Shown here in pieces: positions 1 through 13,658 of a stretch of 64,000 bases of DNA. A model generated the notes under the pieces. That model was not told where the DNA came from. It was given only the letters and a program-made list of their open reading frames with translations, and did no database searches. Origin of the DNA: Phaeosaccion multiseriatum (lineage: Eukaryota > Protista > Ochrophyta, other classes); the NCBI GenBank assembly GCA_965112735.1, contig OZ218961.1, forward strand, positions 186,001-250,000. The letters are read 5' to 3'. The number at the start of each line of letters is the position of its first letter. Positions within the stretch are counted from its first letter, which is position 1. The translations under genes and the position numbers were made by a program.

Positions 1-3000
1 TGTCCAATCTTCCAATCGCTCCGCCGACCACATCTGGCAGCAGTCTCGACATATCCATCCACAGAGGACGCACCACGAAGGTGAGGAAATCGCATTGGAG
101 AGAGAGCTGACGGATCGGTACCTCCAGCCCCTTCCGATTCGGTGTGATTTTGACGGTTACAGAAGTGTGGGGTGAGGAAGGACGGAACGTGTTGCTCGTT
201 GGTTAGGGGTTTGTAATGCGTTGGTTGGTTTGATGTGGCCGGTTTGGGGTTCAATGAGGTGGGGGTGGGGGACTACTGCGTGATTGGCACACAACACATT
301 GACGCACATATACAGACAACATACATACACGCACGCACGTACACATAGCCATGGTCTTAACCAAACGCTTAGCCTTTAACTTAACGCAAGCTTAACCTCC
401 TTCCCCTGAACCAAAACTTAAACCACCATACTGTATGGTAGGGACCTTAACATTATCGTTAACCATAGCGTTAACGCACATACCTGCATGTGAGCGGGCA
501 CCGGCAGGCCCGCGCTCCTGGCCATGTCGGCTTGGAGCATGAACTCGAGATTGACACGCTCACCCCACTCCTTGGCCAGGCGGGGCACCATCGTTAACGT
601 GCTCAGGTCACCTGTTGGTCATTCATGTTGGTGATACAGAGGGGGGGGAGGAGAGGGGGGAGGGGAGGGGAGGGGAGGGAGAGGAGAAGAGAGGGGTCAA
701 TATCATCCATCCACCCACTGCCATTCATCCATTACCATCCATCCACTGCCATCCATCCAGTACCTGCGTGCACGACGACGTTGAACATGTTGAAGAGCAC
801 AGGGGCACCCGTGATTTTCGATTTGGCCCCCGGAGCAAGCTCACTCACGCTCTGAGCCTCGCCCAGCAGCTGCGTAAGTCAAGAAATATCGGCACGTAAG
901 GAGTGCGTAAGGGTCATGAAGGATGCGATGGTGCTGGAGAAAGTACCCACTGCGGGGGTCCTCCCTCCCTCCCTCCCTCCCTCCCTCTTTCCCTCCCCAT
1001 ATACCTCCACTCACCCGGCACATCTCCATATGATGGGTCATGTCAGTTCCAAGTATGCAGGAAACGATGAGGCGCTTCGCTCGTGCGGTCTCCGCCGGCC
1101 CGAGCAGCTTCAGAACATTGTTGGGCTCGCTGCACTGACCAGACCTGCCAGAGCTGCACAAATGACCGCCGCTGCTGCCGCTGCTGCCGCTGCTGCCACT
1201 GCTGTCGCTGCTGCTGCTACTGATGCCCGTATGACTACCGCTGCTGCTGCTGTCTCCTGTCTGATTGCCCATATGACTGCCCATATGACTGCCCATTAAA
1301 CTGCTACTGCTGCATGGTGTCAGGGTCCCAAAAGTCTTGGCCTTCAAGATGTTGCCCGTAAGTATCCTGCTGCCTGGAGCATGAGCCTTGGCCATGATGA
1401 TCTTGAAGGTTTCCGATATGTGGTGCCGCTCCAGCACGGAGTCGTCGCTGTACCGCATCGCCAGCTGTGAGTGGGAGGAGGGGGGAGCACCATACCACCC
1501 ATGATCAAGTTGGTGTCAGATGGAGGTGGCATATGTGTAGGATAGGTGGGCAGGTAGGTAGGTAGGCAGGTAGGTAGGTGGGTAGGTGGGCAGGAAGAGC
1601 GTTGGCAGTGGAACGCGAGAACGAACCGGGGGGGGGGGGGGGAGAGGGCATGAGAACAGAACCCAAACCTCGCTCTCAGCCACTGTGCATTCCAAAACGA
1701 GTGTGTCCCGCATGCCTCTAAGATGCCTCCATGATCCTATACCCCTACGTACCCTTACGTACTACCCTTCCTTACCTCGCTCTCTATTTGCATGGAGAAT
1801 TCGTTGGTGTGTCCGGGGTGGTCAATGTCGTGACACAGAGCCGCCACCTGTGAGTCAGGATTCAGGTGTATCACCACATAGCAGAGGTGTGTTCACAGGC
1901 ATATGGTCGTTTGGTGGATGGGTAGATACGTAGGAAGGGTATCACAGGCATACGGGTAGAGGAGTTAAGCACATCGACATCGATATTTGTTCGATTGATA
2001 CGGTGTCACATACACTGAAAACTGCAAACTGTGTGGAAGGGTAGGGTGTCACATACACTGAAAACTGCAAACTGTGTGGAAGGATGGAAAAGGCATACGG
2101 GTGTGTGTGGGCATAGAATATGATAAGCCCCCCTAAGCATGTCTTTGCTACGATACGTAAGCTTACTTACGCACCATGGTGGCGAGGCGCGTGGTGTAGT
2201 CGGTGAGGGTGCGCATAGCGGTGCTGCCCAGCATGATCTGAGGGGAGGCATATGGAGGCATGTGAGAGGCATAGGGAAGGCAAATGGAAGCATAAGGGGA
2301 AGATTCACAGGCACCGTGAATGGAGGGACACGGAGGCATATCCGAGCTACAAAAAAGGATTAGAGGGTATATCACCACGCATATGGAGGAATTTGGAGGG
2401 GGGGCAAGAGTGGATGTGTGCGTGACTGGCCCAACCTCCTTCCTGCACTCCCTCCCTCCCTCCCTCCCTCCCACCCACCCTCCCCTCCCTCCCAACCTCC
2501 CCTCCCTCACCTGCACAGTGTGCATGACTGAAGCCCCATGGTAGGCGTTGTGGTAAGGGTTGGACGCCCTGTAGCCGTCAAGCACCTTCCTCACGAAGCG
2601 CCGTAGGGTGCCATCCGAGGGGTGGCACAGGGGCCGTAGAGCCTCCATGCCCTCTCCAAACTCGAACTCCTTTCAGTCCGTCAGTCAGTCAGTCAATGAA
2701 AAATAAGTTAGTGAGAGCGTGAGTCAGTAGTGCGTCCTCCTTCCCTCCTGCCCCCTAACCCCTCCCCTCTCCCCTCCCCCACTGATTGCCATCCCCTGCC
2801 ATCCCCTGCCATCCCCTGCCATCCCCTGCCATCCCCTGCCATTCCCTGCCATCCCCTTACATGCACAACGAAGTCCTCAAGCTCGGGTCGACTCATGCCC
2901 AAGATGTCCGCATCCCAACACTGCCGTAACTCGTCAAGATCCCCCTTGAAGGGGCGATGGCAGTGGATGATCTTGTCAGGACCGCACTGCACGATGGCAC

Positions 3001-6000
3001 CGGGGGAGGAGGGCGTCAAAGAGGAGCGCTGTAGCTCCTCCTTCTCCTTCTCCTTCTCTTCCTTCCGCTCTCGCTCCAGCCCCCCATCCGATGCTATCCG
3101 CGAAAGCTCCAGCCCATCTGCTGCCATCCCCAGGATGTTGTCTTTACCGGCCCCTTCTCTCTGCCCTCCTCCTCCTCCTCCTCCTCCTCCTCCTTCAACT
3201 GCGGTTGCGAGTGATCCTTCTAGTGCATCACCAGCTGCTACTCTTCCACCCTCACTCTTGACAGACTTCTCTTCCTCCTCTTCCTCCTCTATACCCGCGG
3301 CTTCTCCCCATCCACTGCCATCCCCCTGCTCCTTTCCGCACGCCCCTGATGCTGCAGCTTCCTCGCCGTAGAGCGAAAAGAGAGACACCAATGGCATGGC
3401 CGCAGTGTGGGTGTCCCCGGGGGGGAGGTGCGTTCCAGGCGGGGGAATCCCAGGGGTGGGCATCCCAGGGGGGTGCGATGATACCACAGCACTGGCACTC
3501 GTACTGGCACATACCCTCCTACTGACAGCACCGAGGGCACCAAGGGCAGCCTTGTCCTCCTCCGCAATTGGTGATACAGGCACAGCAGCGACGGCAGCCG
3601 CGGGTGATCCAGCTTCAGCTCCAGCTCCAGGAGTTGGTGATACAACAGCGACAGCAGCAGCAGCAGCAGTTGGTGAAACAGCCGCCGCCCCATGCAGGCC
3701 CATACCCCCAGACACCGTTCGTCTTCGCCCTGTCGAGCTGCCTTGGCAAGTTGGTGATACAGAGACAGCAGCTGGAAGCGGGCTTGGCGACTGCTGCTGC
3801 TTCCCTTCGAGCAAGCGCTGCCTGCCTTGCTGATTGCCTCTGTTGCCATCCGCTACCATTGTCATCCTCCCCTCACCGGCAGCAGCAGCAGCAGTTGGTG
3901 ATACAGCAACAGTTGGTGATACAGCAGCTGCTGCCATTGCTGGAGCTTGCGCCATTGGCATTCGCATCGGCAGGGGCATTGTCTTTGCATAAGGCGAGGG
4001 AGGAGCCAGGGGCATGCCCTGTAACTGTTGAAACTGTTGTAACTGTGTATGTACTGCTTGTGCGTGTGGGACGCCCCCTCCACTCGATCTCCTGCGGCAC
4101 AGCTCCAGCAAGGAGTGTCCACTCCGACCCACCTGCAAAGTTCAAAGTTCCAGTTTGGGGAGGGGGGGGGCATCCGAGGTGTCAGGACAGAGGGGGGGGG
4201 GTGGGGGAGGGGGTACCCTAAACATGACAACTCAAACTGAGAACTGATTCAACTGAAGTCCGACCACTACATCTGACAAAGAGAGAGAGAGGAGAGAGAA
4301 GAGGGAGAGACAGATAAGCTCGCTGCGTGACAAGTGCTTGAAATTGACTCACCTCACGGGAGGCGGAGGAGTCTCCCCCCCCGCTGGCGCTGCTGCGCCC
4401 CTCAGAGGATGAGCTGTTGACATCCTTGAAGTCAGCACGGCCCTGAGGGGTGGCAAGTTGGTGATACAGCAGTGGAGGAGGTGTGCGAGTGAGCGAGGGA
4501 GTGGGGTGGGGTGGGCGGGGTAAGGGGAGGGAGGGAGTCAGTGATTGAGTGATTGAGTGCGTGAGTGAGAGTGAGTGGGAGTGAGAGCGAAAGGGGACGG
4601 ATGGCAGTGGATGGGCAGGGGGGATGGCAGTGGATGGGCAGGGGGAGGCAGCGGAATGGCGCAAGGACGGAAGTGAGGACATTAAACTGTACCCACACGT
4701 ACGTAAGCATACGTAAGGCATCTGATTGCACCCCCTCTGAGGCTGTAGGCGACAAAGGCCCACATCCACTGCCGTCTTCCTACCACAGCCAATCTGTGAC
4801 TGACCTTCATGTAGCTGATCTGAATGCCTAAGCGCCGAAGCGGCACCACGAGCTCTGCACAGAAGCGCTCCGCCTCCGCTACATCGAGGCTGGAGAAGAA
4901 GGACATACCCCCCCCGTCCGCTGCCATACCCCCCTTCTCCTCCTCCTCCTCCTCCTCCTCCACCTCCTCCTCCCCCTCTTCCTCCTCCTCCTCCTCCTCC
5001 TCCTCCTCCTCCTCCTCCTCTTCCTCCTCCTCACCCCTCTCCGAACGCTGCCCCACGGAGGCGGAGGAGGTCCGTCGAGCTCTTCTCTCCACCCCATTCA
5101 CATCCATGTACAACCAACTCCTGCCCTCCCTGCTCGCACTCTCGCTCCGCCCCCGCCGCGTCCTTCGTCGATGCACAGACCGTCGCCGCTGCTGCTGTAT
5201 CACCAACTTCTGCGCCCCCCCGGAGGGATCATGGTCTGGGATCTCGAGCCGATTGACTGCCTCCAACACCGCCAGTACACGCCCCACGCCCCCGATGACC
5301 AACGGCTTTTCACAGATGGGCACCACCATTATAGAGCGGGTGGGCGACACCCTGCCGAAGCCTAACCTTGCATCCACACCGGAGCCTCGGGTCGGAAGCC
5401 TTCCTCCTCCTCTTGCTCCTCCTCCTCCTCCTCCTCCTCCTCCTCCTCCTCCTCCACCACCACCACCTCCATCTCCCCCCCTTCCTCCTCCTCCTCCTCC
5501 TCCTCCTCCTCTTCCTCCTCCTCCTCCTCCTCCTCCTCCTCCCGTCTCTACCCCCCCCTTCCCCCCTGTCCCCGCCTCCGTCCCGTGCAACCCTCCCCCC
5601 CCCTCACTGCCCAGAAGGGTCCCCACGCTGCCACTAATGCTGCTGTTGCGACTGTGATGGTGGTGGTGGTGCCTCACAGAAGCGCCATGTCCATCAGGTG
5701 GGGAGTTGGAGCCCTTGTGTTTCCGTGTACTTTTCCCTTTCCCTTTCCCTTTCCCCGGCCCCGCAGCAGCAGTTGGTGATTCACGTACAGCACAAGACTT
5801 TGCCAGACTGTCTGCATCACCACCACCATCCGAGTGCGTGCGTGCGTGCGTACGTGAGTGTGTGCGTGCGTGGTGTACGCCTCCCCCGGAAAGCGAGATG
5901 GCGGTGAGGGAGCTCCCGTGCAGGCTTGAGGCACTCACAAGTCGGCGGGACTCCACTACGTCGTTACTGAGCACCTGTTGGCAGTGGATGGACAGCAGTG

Positions 6001-8107
6001 GATGGCAGTGGATGAGGATCGCAGTGGATGGCAGTGGATGAGGATCGCAGTGAATGGGAAGGGGGGACGGCCATGGATGGGTTGGAGGGACGGCCATGGA
6101 TGGAAGACATGGCATGGGATTGCAGTGGATGGCAGTGGATGGCAGTGGCGTACCTTCTCTCCGTAGAGGGCGGTGGAGCCCACTGCTCCCCTGCCCAGGG
6201 GGATTCGCGCGATCTTGTCTTGCAGCTCCTCCTCCTGGGATGGCAGTGGATGGCAGTGGATGGCAGGGGATGGCAGGGGATGGCAGGGGATGGCAGGGGA
6301 TCGAGGGGGAAATGGGGGTAGGGTGGGCGGTGGAGCGGGTGGGGTGAGTGTGGTGGAAAGGTGGGGTGCAAGTTTGCGTTGGCGTGGATGGATGGCAGTG
6401 GATGGATGGGTTGTAGAAGTGAATGTGTGTGTTTGTGTGCATGTAGGTGTGTGCGTGCATGTACTCACATGGTCCCCAATGCCGCCCTCTCTCTCACTCA
6501 CGAGCGGTGCCCACACCTCCTTCTTCACAGGGTCCACAATCCAGATGCGCACGCACTCACATCTGCACACAGGTGGGGACGGGGATATTAGAGTCATACG
6601 GGGGGAGGGAGAAGCGACAGAGGAGAGAGAGGCGGCAGGAAGGAGGGGAAGCTGACACTTGATCGATCCTTCACTCTCCTCCCCGTCCTCCTCCTCATGC
6701 AAGCATGTACACAAAAACAAAGGGCTGAAACAAGGCCAAGTGATCATCGATCAGTGATGCATCACGGAAACTCCCTCCCTCCCTCCCTCCCTCCCTCCCT
6801 CCCTCCCTCCCTCCCTCCCTCCCTCCTCTCACCCTAGCATGTTCTTGGCTGTATCCTCCGCCGCCCACAGCAGATTGAGCAGCGTGGAGCTGGCACTCAG
6901 TCTGTGTGCCCACTCACTCCTTGCCTGCAGCCTCAGCAGGGCGGCTCTGTTCTCTGCCAGCAGCCTTGCCTTGTGTAGAGAGATGCCTGCCAACTCGGAA
7001 ACATGCCGCAGAACCTTCTCGTCTTCAAGTGTAAACCCCTCCTCCTCCTCCTCCTCCTCCTCCTCCTCCTCCTCCCCCTCCTCCGTCCACGCCCTCCTCT
7101 CTCCCTCTCCCTCGCCCTCGTCCGCGTCCTCATCCTTCGCGTCTAGCTGCTGCTGCTGCTCTTCGTCTTCTTCTTCCTCCTCCTTCTCCTCCTCCTCGAC
7201 CCAGAGAACATGCCTTTGTTCTTGCCCTCGCCCTTGCTCTCTCATTCTTCTACCTCTCCTCCCGCCACCACCACCACCAGCAGCAGCAGCAGCAGCAGTA
7301 CTGCTACCATCACTGCTACCACCACTACTGCTACCATCACTACTACTCCTCCCCCTACTCCGCGCGGCGCCCCTGGGGGGCTTATTCACAGCTGACGACG
7401 ACGGGGCCCCGGGGGGGAAGTAGTAGCCCCCGCCCCACTCGCCTCTCCCCCCGGGGGCAAAGTAGCCGCCGCCCCTCTCCTCCCCCTCCTCCTCCTCCTC
7501 CTCCTCCTTCTCGTCCTCCTCCTCTCCCTCACCCCCCTTTCCCGCCCCCCATCCCCTTCTCCTCCTCCTCCTCCTCCTCCTCCTCCGGCTCCGGCGGCTC
7601 TTGTTGATGGCCTGAAGCACGGCGAGTACGTTGCCATCATGGTCCTTCACAGGCATGCACACCACACTGCGAGTTCGGAAACCTGTGTTCCTGTCCACCA
7701 CCTGTGGAGGTACGTAAGACGTACGTAACATTATATCGGAGGGAGGGAGGGAGAGAGAGGGAGAGACAGTCGGTGTACAGTTTGAGTTCCTGTTCCCTAG
7801 ACCTTACACTATGACTTCCACGCAGAACTCAGGCAATCCAAAGCAGAACCGCCCCGCCCATCATGATGCAACACGTATGTACTACAAACGTACTACATAC
7901 ATGACAACACACGTACTACACACGTACTACATATGTACTATGACGTACCTCGCTGAAGTTTGGGTGGGCGTAGGCGTCGTTGGTGCGGATGCTCTTGCCT
8001 GTCTGGGCCACTGCCCCTGCAAGCCCTGCAGTGACGGGCAGTTCCACTCCGATGACGGACTCGTCCACGGCATGAGTTACGCGAAGCTTCTTGCCATTGC
8101 TAAGGTG

Positions 8108-8154
<47 letters not shown>

Positions 8155-11100
8155 CGTGTGTGTGTGTGTGTGCGTGCGGAAGGAGAAGGAGGAGGGAACA
8201 GAGAGAGGAAGGGGAAAAGAGGCAAGGAACGAGAGCGAGGGAGGGAGGAGAGAGAGGGGAAAGGCGAACGTTAGATTGTAGCGTTGAGACAAGTGCAAAG
8301 TGGAGTGGAGTGGAAGTGGAGTGGAGCGGAGCCGAGCCAGGGAGAAGGGAAGGAGGGAAGGAAGACACCACGAACGAAACATCAGAAAGAAGGAGGTACG
8401 GAGGGACAGAAGGGAGGAAGGAAGGAAGGGTCGTCGGCATGTGTGTGCGCGTGTGTGTGCGTCAATGTACAGGCAGGCCCGCCCCCCTCTCCTCTCTGTC
8501 CACTGCCATGCTCACTCCCCATCCAGTGACATCTGTGAAACAACCCACCTCGTGACTTGGAACAATGTGACTCTGTCGGCGTGAAGCAGCTCCTTGCTCA
8601 CTTCGAACAGTTGCCGCATCACGTCACTATTGTTGGCCTGGTGTGCACGGAGAGGGAGGGAGGGAGGGAGGGAGGGAGGGATGTGGGGGGGAGAAGGGGA
8701 GGGAGGGAGGGAGGGAGGGAGAAGAGGGGGAGGGAAGGGAGGGGGAGAGAGACGAAGAGGGAAGGAGAGGAGGAGAGGGAGGGAGAGGGAGGGAGGGACA
8801 AGAGAGAGAACGCAAAAGATAAGAGGAAGAGCTGGACGGAAAGGGATGCTCAGATGGTAATGGATGGATGCATCGATGGCAATGGAGGGCATGGAATGGC
8901 CATCGCCCACAGGGTCTAACAAAACTGGGACTGAAACGAACGACTGCTGCTGCCCATGCTTGGTGTTCCACAGCTACACGAGTTGGTGCTACAAGGGGAC
9001 ATGACGTGCCTGTTTGGCGACGGAGCTGAGCATGGAAACGACTCCGTCAAGGCGCTTGTGCTGAGAAAGTGTGGTCCTCGCCAACTGTGAGGGGGGGAGG
9101 GGTCAGAGGAGGGACGCAGGGGAGGGGGAGAGGGAGGGAGGGAGGGAGGGAGGGAGGGAGGGAGGGGGGAGGGAGAGACGGGGTCAGAGCCATCCTTCCG
9201 CACCATTCACACAAAATACACACGCACACACCCACCCACAGGAAAACATACCCACCCACCCACACACACACGCACATGCACGCACACATACACACACGCG
9301 CACACACACACACGCACACATACACACACGGACCTTCTCAATGCGCAGGGCTCCGGCCAACACATCGGCAGTCTGGCGGACGGCGGACACGTCTCTTCGA
9401 CAAAAAGTCGCACTGCTCGACTCGGAAACCTTGTTGATGGCAATGACGATGACAGAAACCCGCCCCCCCCAACCAGCACTAGCAGCGGGCGTATCACCAA
9501 CTGCTACTGCTGCTGCTCTGCTGCCATCCTCCTGCTCCGTGATGGGCAGCGCCAGCACTGTACGGACGGGAATGCCCCTCCGTGCAAGAGTGCGCCCAAG
9601 AAAGTCGTCGCCAATGTCCATGCCTCCTCTTCCGGTATCACCACCTCCTTCACCACCAGTCGCGGTCTCCGCCTCGTCGTGTGCGTGTGGATGCCCTACT
9701 CGGCCGAGGACAGGCTGCCCGCTCCACACCGCCTGCTCAAGCACACCCAGTGGCCGGCCCTGTCCTTCTCCTACTCCTCCTCCCCTTCCTCGCAAGACGA
9801 TTTTCCTGCCTATCCAGTCCGCAACTTGGTCTCTGAAAGGCTTCCCTTCGTCTGGACCCGTCGCACCACCCGGCCCAGTTTCAGTGCCAGTTTCCCCCTC
9901 TGATCCGAAGGCGGCAAGCGAAGTATAGCAGTTCCTGAACCCTCCTTCCCTATCCCCTTCCCCATCATCGTCATAGTCGTCGCCCTCCTGTCCCCCCGTA
10001 CCACCAACAGCAGCACCAGCACCAGCACCAGCATCAGCAGCAGCAGCAGCCGCCGCCGCTAAGGGCGTGAGCGTGCACTGATCCCTGCCCACTTGATACA
10101 ACGCGATGGCCGTGCAGCGAATTTGGGTGGCCGCGAAGCGAAGACTCTTCTCGAGGAAGGGTGCAGTCTCCTGTCGCTGACCTGCTTGCCCTGCTCTGCC
10201 TGATACTGCTGCTGTACCACCAACTGCTGCTGCTGCCCTTGGACGGGCCGGTCCCATTTCCGAAACGCCAAATTCAGTCGCCAAGACCATCTCCGAAGGC
10301 CTCTGCTGCTGCTGCTGCTGCTGCTCATGATGAATATGATGCCGTTCCTCGACTCGGAGGCCTTGGCCTTGCCCTTGCCCTCCCCCCCCCCCCTCCTGCT
10401 CGGGGGTGAGCTTTCCTTCTCCCTCTACACCCGCCCCCTCCTCCGTGAAACCGTCCCCCTGGCTTGACATCCACAGCCCGACACCAGGTACTGCGGAGGC
10501 CCCTTCGGGGGAGAGAGTGATGGAGCTAGACGAGCGGCAGCTGTGGGTGTGGCTGTGGCTGCTGTTGAGATTCCATGGTCCCGATGGCAGTGGATGGGAC
10601 GGTGTCGCAGCGGAACGGGAGGATGGGAACATCTGTGTTGTTGTGGTGTTGTGTGGGTCGGGTGGGTGGGTGGGGGGGGGGGGGGGGGGGGGGGGGCAGA
10701 AAGGAAAAACAGAGGGGAGGGAGAAAAGAGTGCAAAAGATGAAGGGAGAGAGGGAGAGAGGAAGGTGAAGGCAGGGACGGAGGAAGGAAAGGAGGAAGGA
10801 AGGAAGGAAGGGAGTGTGTGAGTGAGTGAGAAAGGGAGGGAGGGACGGAGGGAGCGGGGGAGGGAGGAAGGAAGCAAAGCAAGGGAATGAAGGGAAAAAA
10901 GGGTTTGGGTGTTCGAAGTCGCGGGTGTCAGGAGCCGTGCGGAGAGGAGAGAGGAGAGGAGAGGAGAGGGGGGAGGAGAGGAGAGGGGGGAGGAGAGGAG
11001 AGGAGAGGAGAGGAGAATAAGAGGAGAGGAGAGGAGAGGAGAGGAGAGGAGAGGAGAGGCGAGGCGAGGAGAGAAGAAGAGAGGAGAGGAGAGGAGAGGG

Positions 11101-12176
11101 GGGAGGGGAGGAGAGGAGAGGAGAGGAGAGGAGAGGAGAGGGGGGAGGAGAGGAGAAAATAAGAGAGGCCCTCTGAGAGACCTTTGCAGATGTTGGCTGT
11201 GCTCTCTCTTGGGGGAGGAGGGGCACCATCCACTGCCATCCTCCTGTTCTTCCTCCACTCCACTCCCCGCCTCCCCTCCCTCCCTCCCTCTTTCCCTCTT
11301 TCCCTCCACTCCTTGCTTACCCTCCCTCCCCCTCCCCGTTCATGCCTTCTCCCCCCCCCCCTCCCTGCCTACCCGTCCACCACTGTCTCCCCTCGCCCTA
11401 CGTCCCACACGCACCTTGGCCGCCACTCCCACGCCCCCCCGTGACCGTTGGGCCCTCGCATGGCGCCCACTCCTTCCCACACCGACACCGATACCGCCGT
11501 CGTCGTCATCTGTAAGGGCTGTGGGGGAGCAGGGGGGCGAGTAGACAAAGGCGCTCCCGCCCCCACCTTCGCCCCGGGCAAAGTAGCGCGCCCCCCCCCT
11601 GTCGAAGTAGCGAGGCAGGTACGACGTCCTGTCGGCGGCACTGAGTAGCAGCTGCTGCTGGCGTGCGGCGTCGTCCTCCTCGTCATCCTCAGTCACAATG
11701 TGCCCCCTCCCTTCCTCCTCCTGCCACTCAAAGACCCCAGCAACAGCGGGGTGGTCGTTGAGGCACCCTCGCACCGGCCCCTCCTCTGGCGAGTGTGTGT
11801 GCGCAGTACCTGTGTGTTCCGTCGCCGCTTCTTTCCCGTCTGTCACGCTCCCCCCTCCCCTCACGGTGGCTTCGGTCCAAGGCCTAGCCGCGCCGGTGGG
11901 GGGCGCAGAGCTTGTGCTGCCTTTACTGCCGCTGCCGGCGCTGCTCGTTGCAGTGAGGAGACCCGCCAGCGCGGTCCGAGCACTGGCCAAAACGTCGGCC
12001 GCCGTGGCCACCCTCTCTTCCGCAGCCGCTGCTCCTGCTTCCCTCTCCCCTTGCTCCCCTCTCTCGCTCCCCCATCTCTCCTCTCTCTCCCCAAGGGTCA
12101 GAGCGGCGGCTGCAGCATCAAGGTCGCCGAGCACCGCTTGCAGGGCCTCAACATCGAGGGTCCTACTGGAGCTCAT
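1..12176 (-). CDS. GAF-domain class I 3',5'-cyclic nucleotide phosphodiesterase (multi-exon; 3' end lies beyond window start)
   Basis: Exons spliced by hand give PDE motifs: NPYHNAYHGASV (2511-2669), AALCHDIDHPGHTN (1776-1847), YSDDSVLERHH and ILGTDMTHH (1015-1464), VHAGDLS...W.ERVNLEFMLQAD (764-869, 484-611), QCDFLTFVVRPLW (1-130). Upstream GAF motifs: ELLHADRVTLFQ (~8557-8637), GLAGAVAQTGKSIRTNDAYAHPNF (~7949-8106), VDRNTGFRTRSVVCMPV...VLAVLQAINK (~6833-7701), IPLGRGAVG (6154-6234), VLAVLEAVNR (4805-5974). The phase linking the first exon (~11415-12176) to the rest is unresolved. Confidence 0.9.
2003..2083. repeat. Intronic tandem duplication, ~43-bp period x2
   Basis: gtgtcacatacactgaaaactgcaaactgtgtggaagg occurs twice in tandem. 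Confidence 0.85.
5980..6300. repeat. GATGGCAG(T/G)G decamer arrays in PDE introns flanking exon 6154-6234
   Basis: Many tandem and near-tandem ggatggcagt/ggatggcagg copies; the reverse-complement array (ccatcccctg)n is at ~2787-2853. Confidence 0.85.
10943..11155. repeat. (GAGAG)n purine microsatellite in PDE intron
   Basis: Direct reading. Confidence 0.9.
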
Positions 12177-12562
12177 GCCTTGTTGCTCCTTCTCGGAGGT
12201 GCTTGTTTGTAACCTCGTCACGACATGTTTGCCTGTCCTATGTGAAGCTCAACGTTCCCTTCTCCTTTTGTTTTTTCTCTTGCTTCCCCTTCCTCCTTGC
12301 CCCCCTTCTCACCCGCGGCGAGATGAAGGGATCCCCCTAGTACAGAGGAAACTCATCATTGTGCAGTAGTGTGAACCTGCACGCTCTCCCCTCCTTTAAA
12401 ATATCGCCACGGCAATTTGGGCACGGCGAAGAACGGGCCGGCAACGAGGAGTTTTGGGTGAGAAAGCCATAAAGTGCCATCGTCTCCTAAAAGTAACGAT
12501 CTTTGTTCACCATCTCATCCCCCCCCTTTGATCCATTTGCACATCCCTCCCTTTACCAACGA

Positions 12563-13606
12563 ATGCTCACTGTAAGCTTGTTGTTGCTATTGTGTTTTGC
12601 ATCTCTCCTTACTCTGAACGCAGCGGCGGTGGTACAAAGAAGAAGAAGCAAAAGCAGCGGCAGCAGCAGCAGTTGGGGGTACTCCAATAATAGTAGGATG
12701 CTCTCCTCAGGCGGTTGGTGCAGCTGTGGCAGGGCCTCGCGGAGCACAATGAGCGCCTTCATCAGTGCAGCAGGCCCAGTTTCCCCCTTTACGAGACAGG
12801 AGCAGCGGCTCAGGCACGACAGCACGAGCAGTGGCCGGCACCTCCACCACCTTCGTCCACGTCAGAACCAACAGAGCCAGCACCCTCCGAGCCCACAGTG
12901 GCGACGAGGTAGCACCAGGCCCTCGCGTGCCATGCTCACCACGGCAGGCTCTACAGCAGCGGAGCGAGAGCCCACGGACGTTCTGGTAAAGGGGGAGCAG
13001 GGGATGCAGCACTCCGCCGCGAGGAACAGCGACCCCAACGCCGTGTTCTTCGTCACCGGAGGCAATCGTGGCATCGGTCTGGAGATGTGCAGGCAGCTCC
13101 TCGGGAGGACCAAGGTAGTGTCTGTCTCTTCGTTTGCTGGATTGTTTGTTTGTCTTTGTTTGAAGTCCAGCTTCGTATGTGCGAGAGCTGTCCTCCGTCC
13201 CCGAGTGGGTAAGAAGCCGGGGCCCTGACTCTTGCCCCTCTTTCCTCCCTTCCTTCCCATCACTCCATGTCTTTCACTGCGACAAATAGGGCACGGTGAT
13301 TGCCGCCTGTCGCGATCCGTCCTCTGCGAAGGATCTGCACGCCCTCAAAAGCAGCAGCGGATCGGAGCTCGGATCAGAGACGTCCCCGTCTCGACTGCAG
13401 ATTGTAACCCTGGACCTGACCAATCAGACCTCCATCGAGCACGCGGCACGGGAGGTACGGGAGCGCTTCGGTGGGCGGATTGACTTGCTCCTCAACGTTG
13501 CTGCGGTGCTGGGGGATGGCAAGACCACGGCCGGGCCTGAGAGGGCGCTGCGCAGCATTGATAGGGAGTGGATGGAGCACTCCATGCAGGTGTGTGTGTG
13601 TGTGTG

Positions 13607-13658
<52 letters not shown>

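Noticed and set aside
4713-4742. Possible 30-nt micro-exon (PQRGCNQMPY) in the PDE gene
   Set aside because: It has AG/GT flanks and phase 0, but neighbouring exons join without it; unsupported without RNA data.
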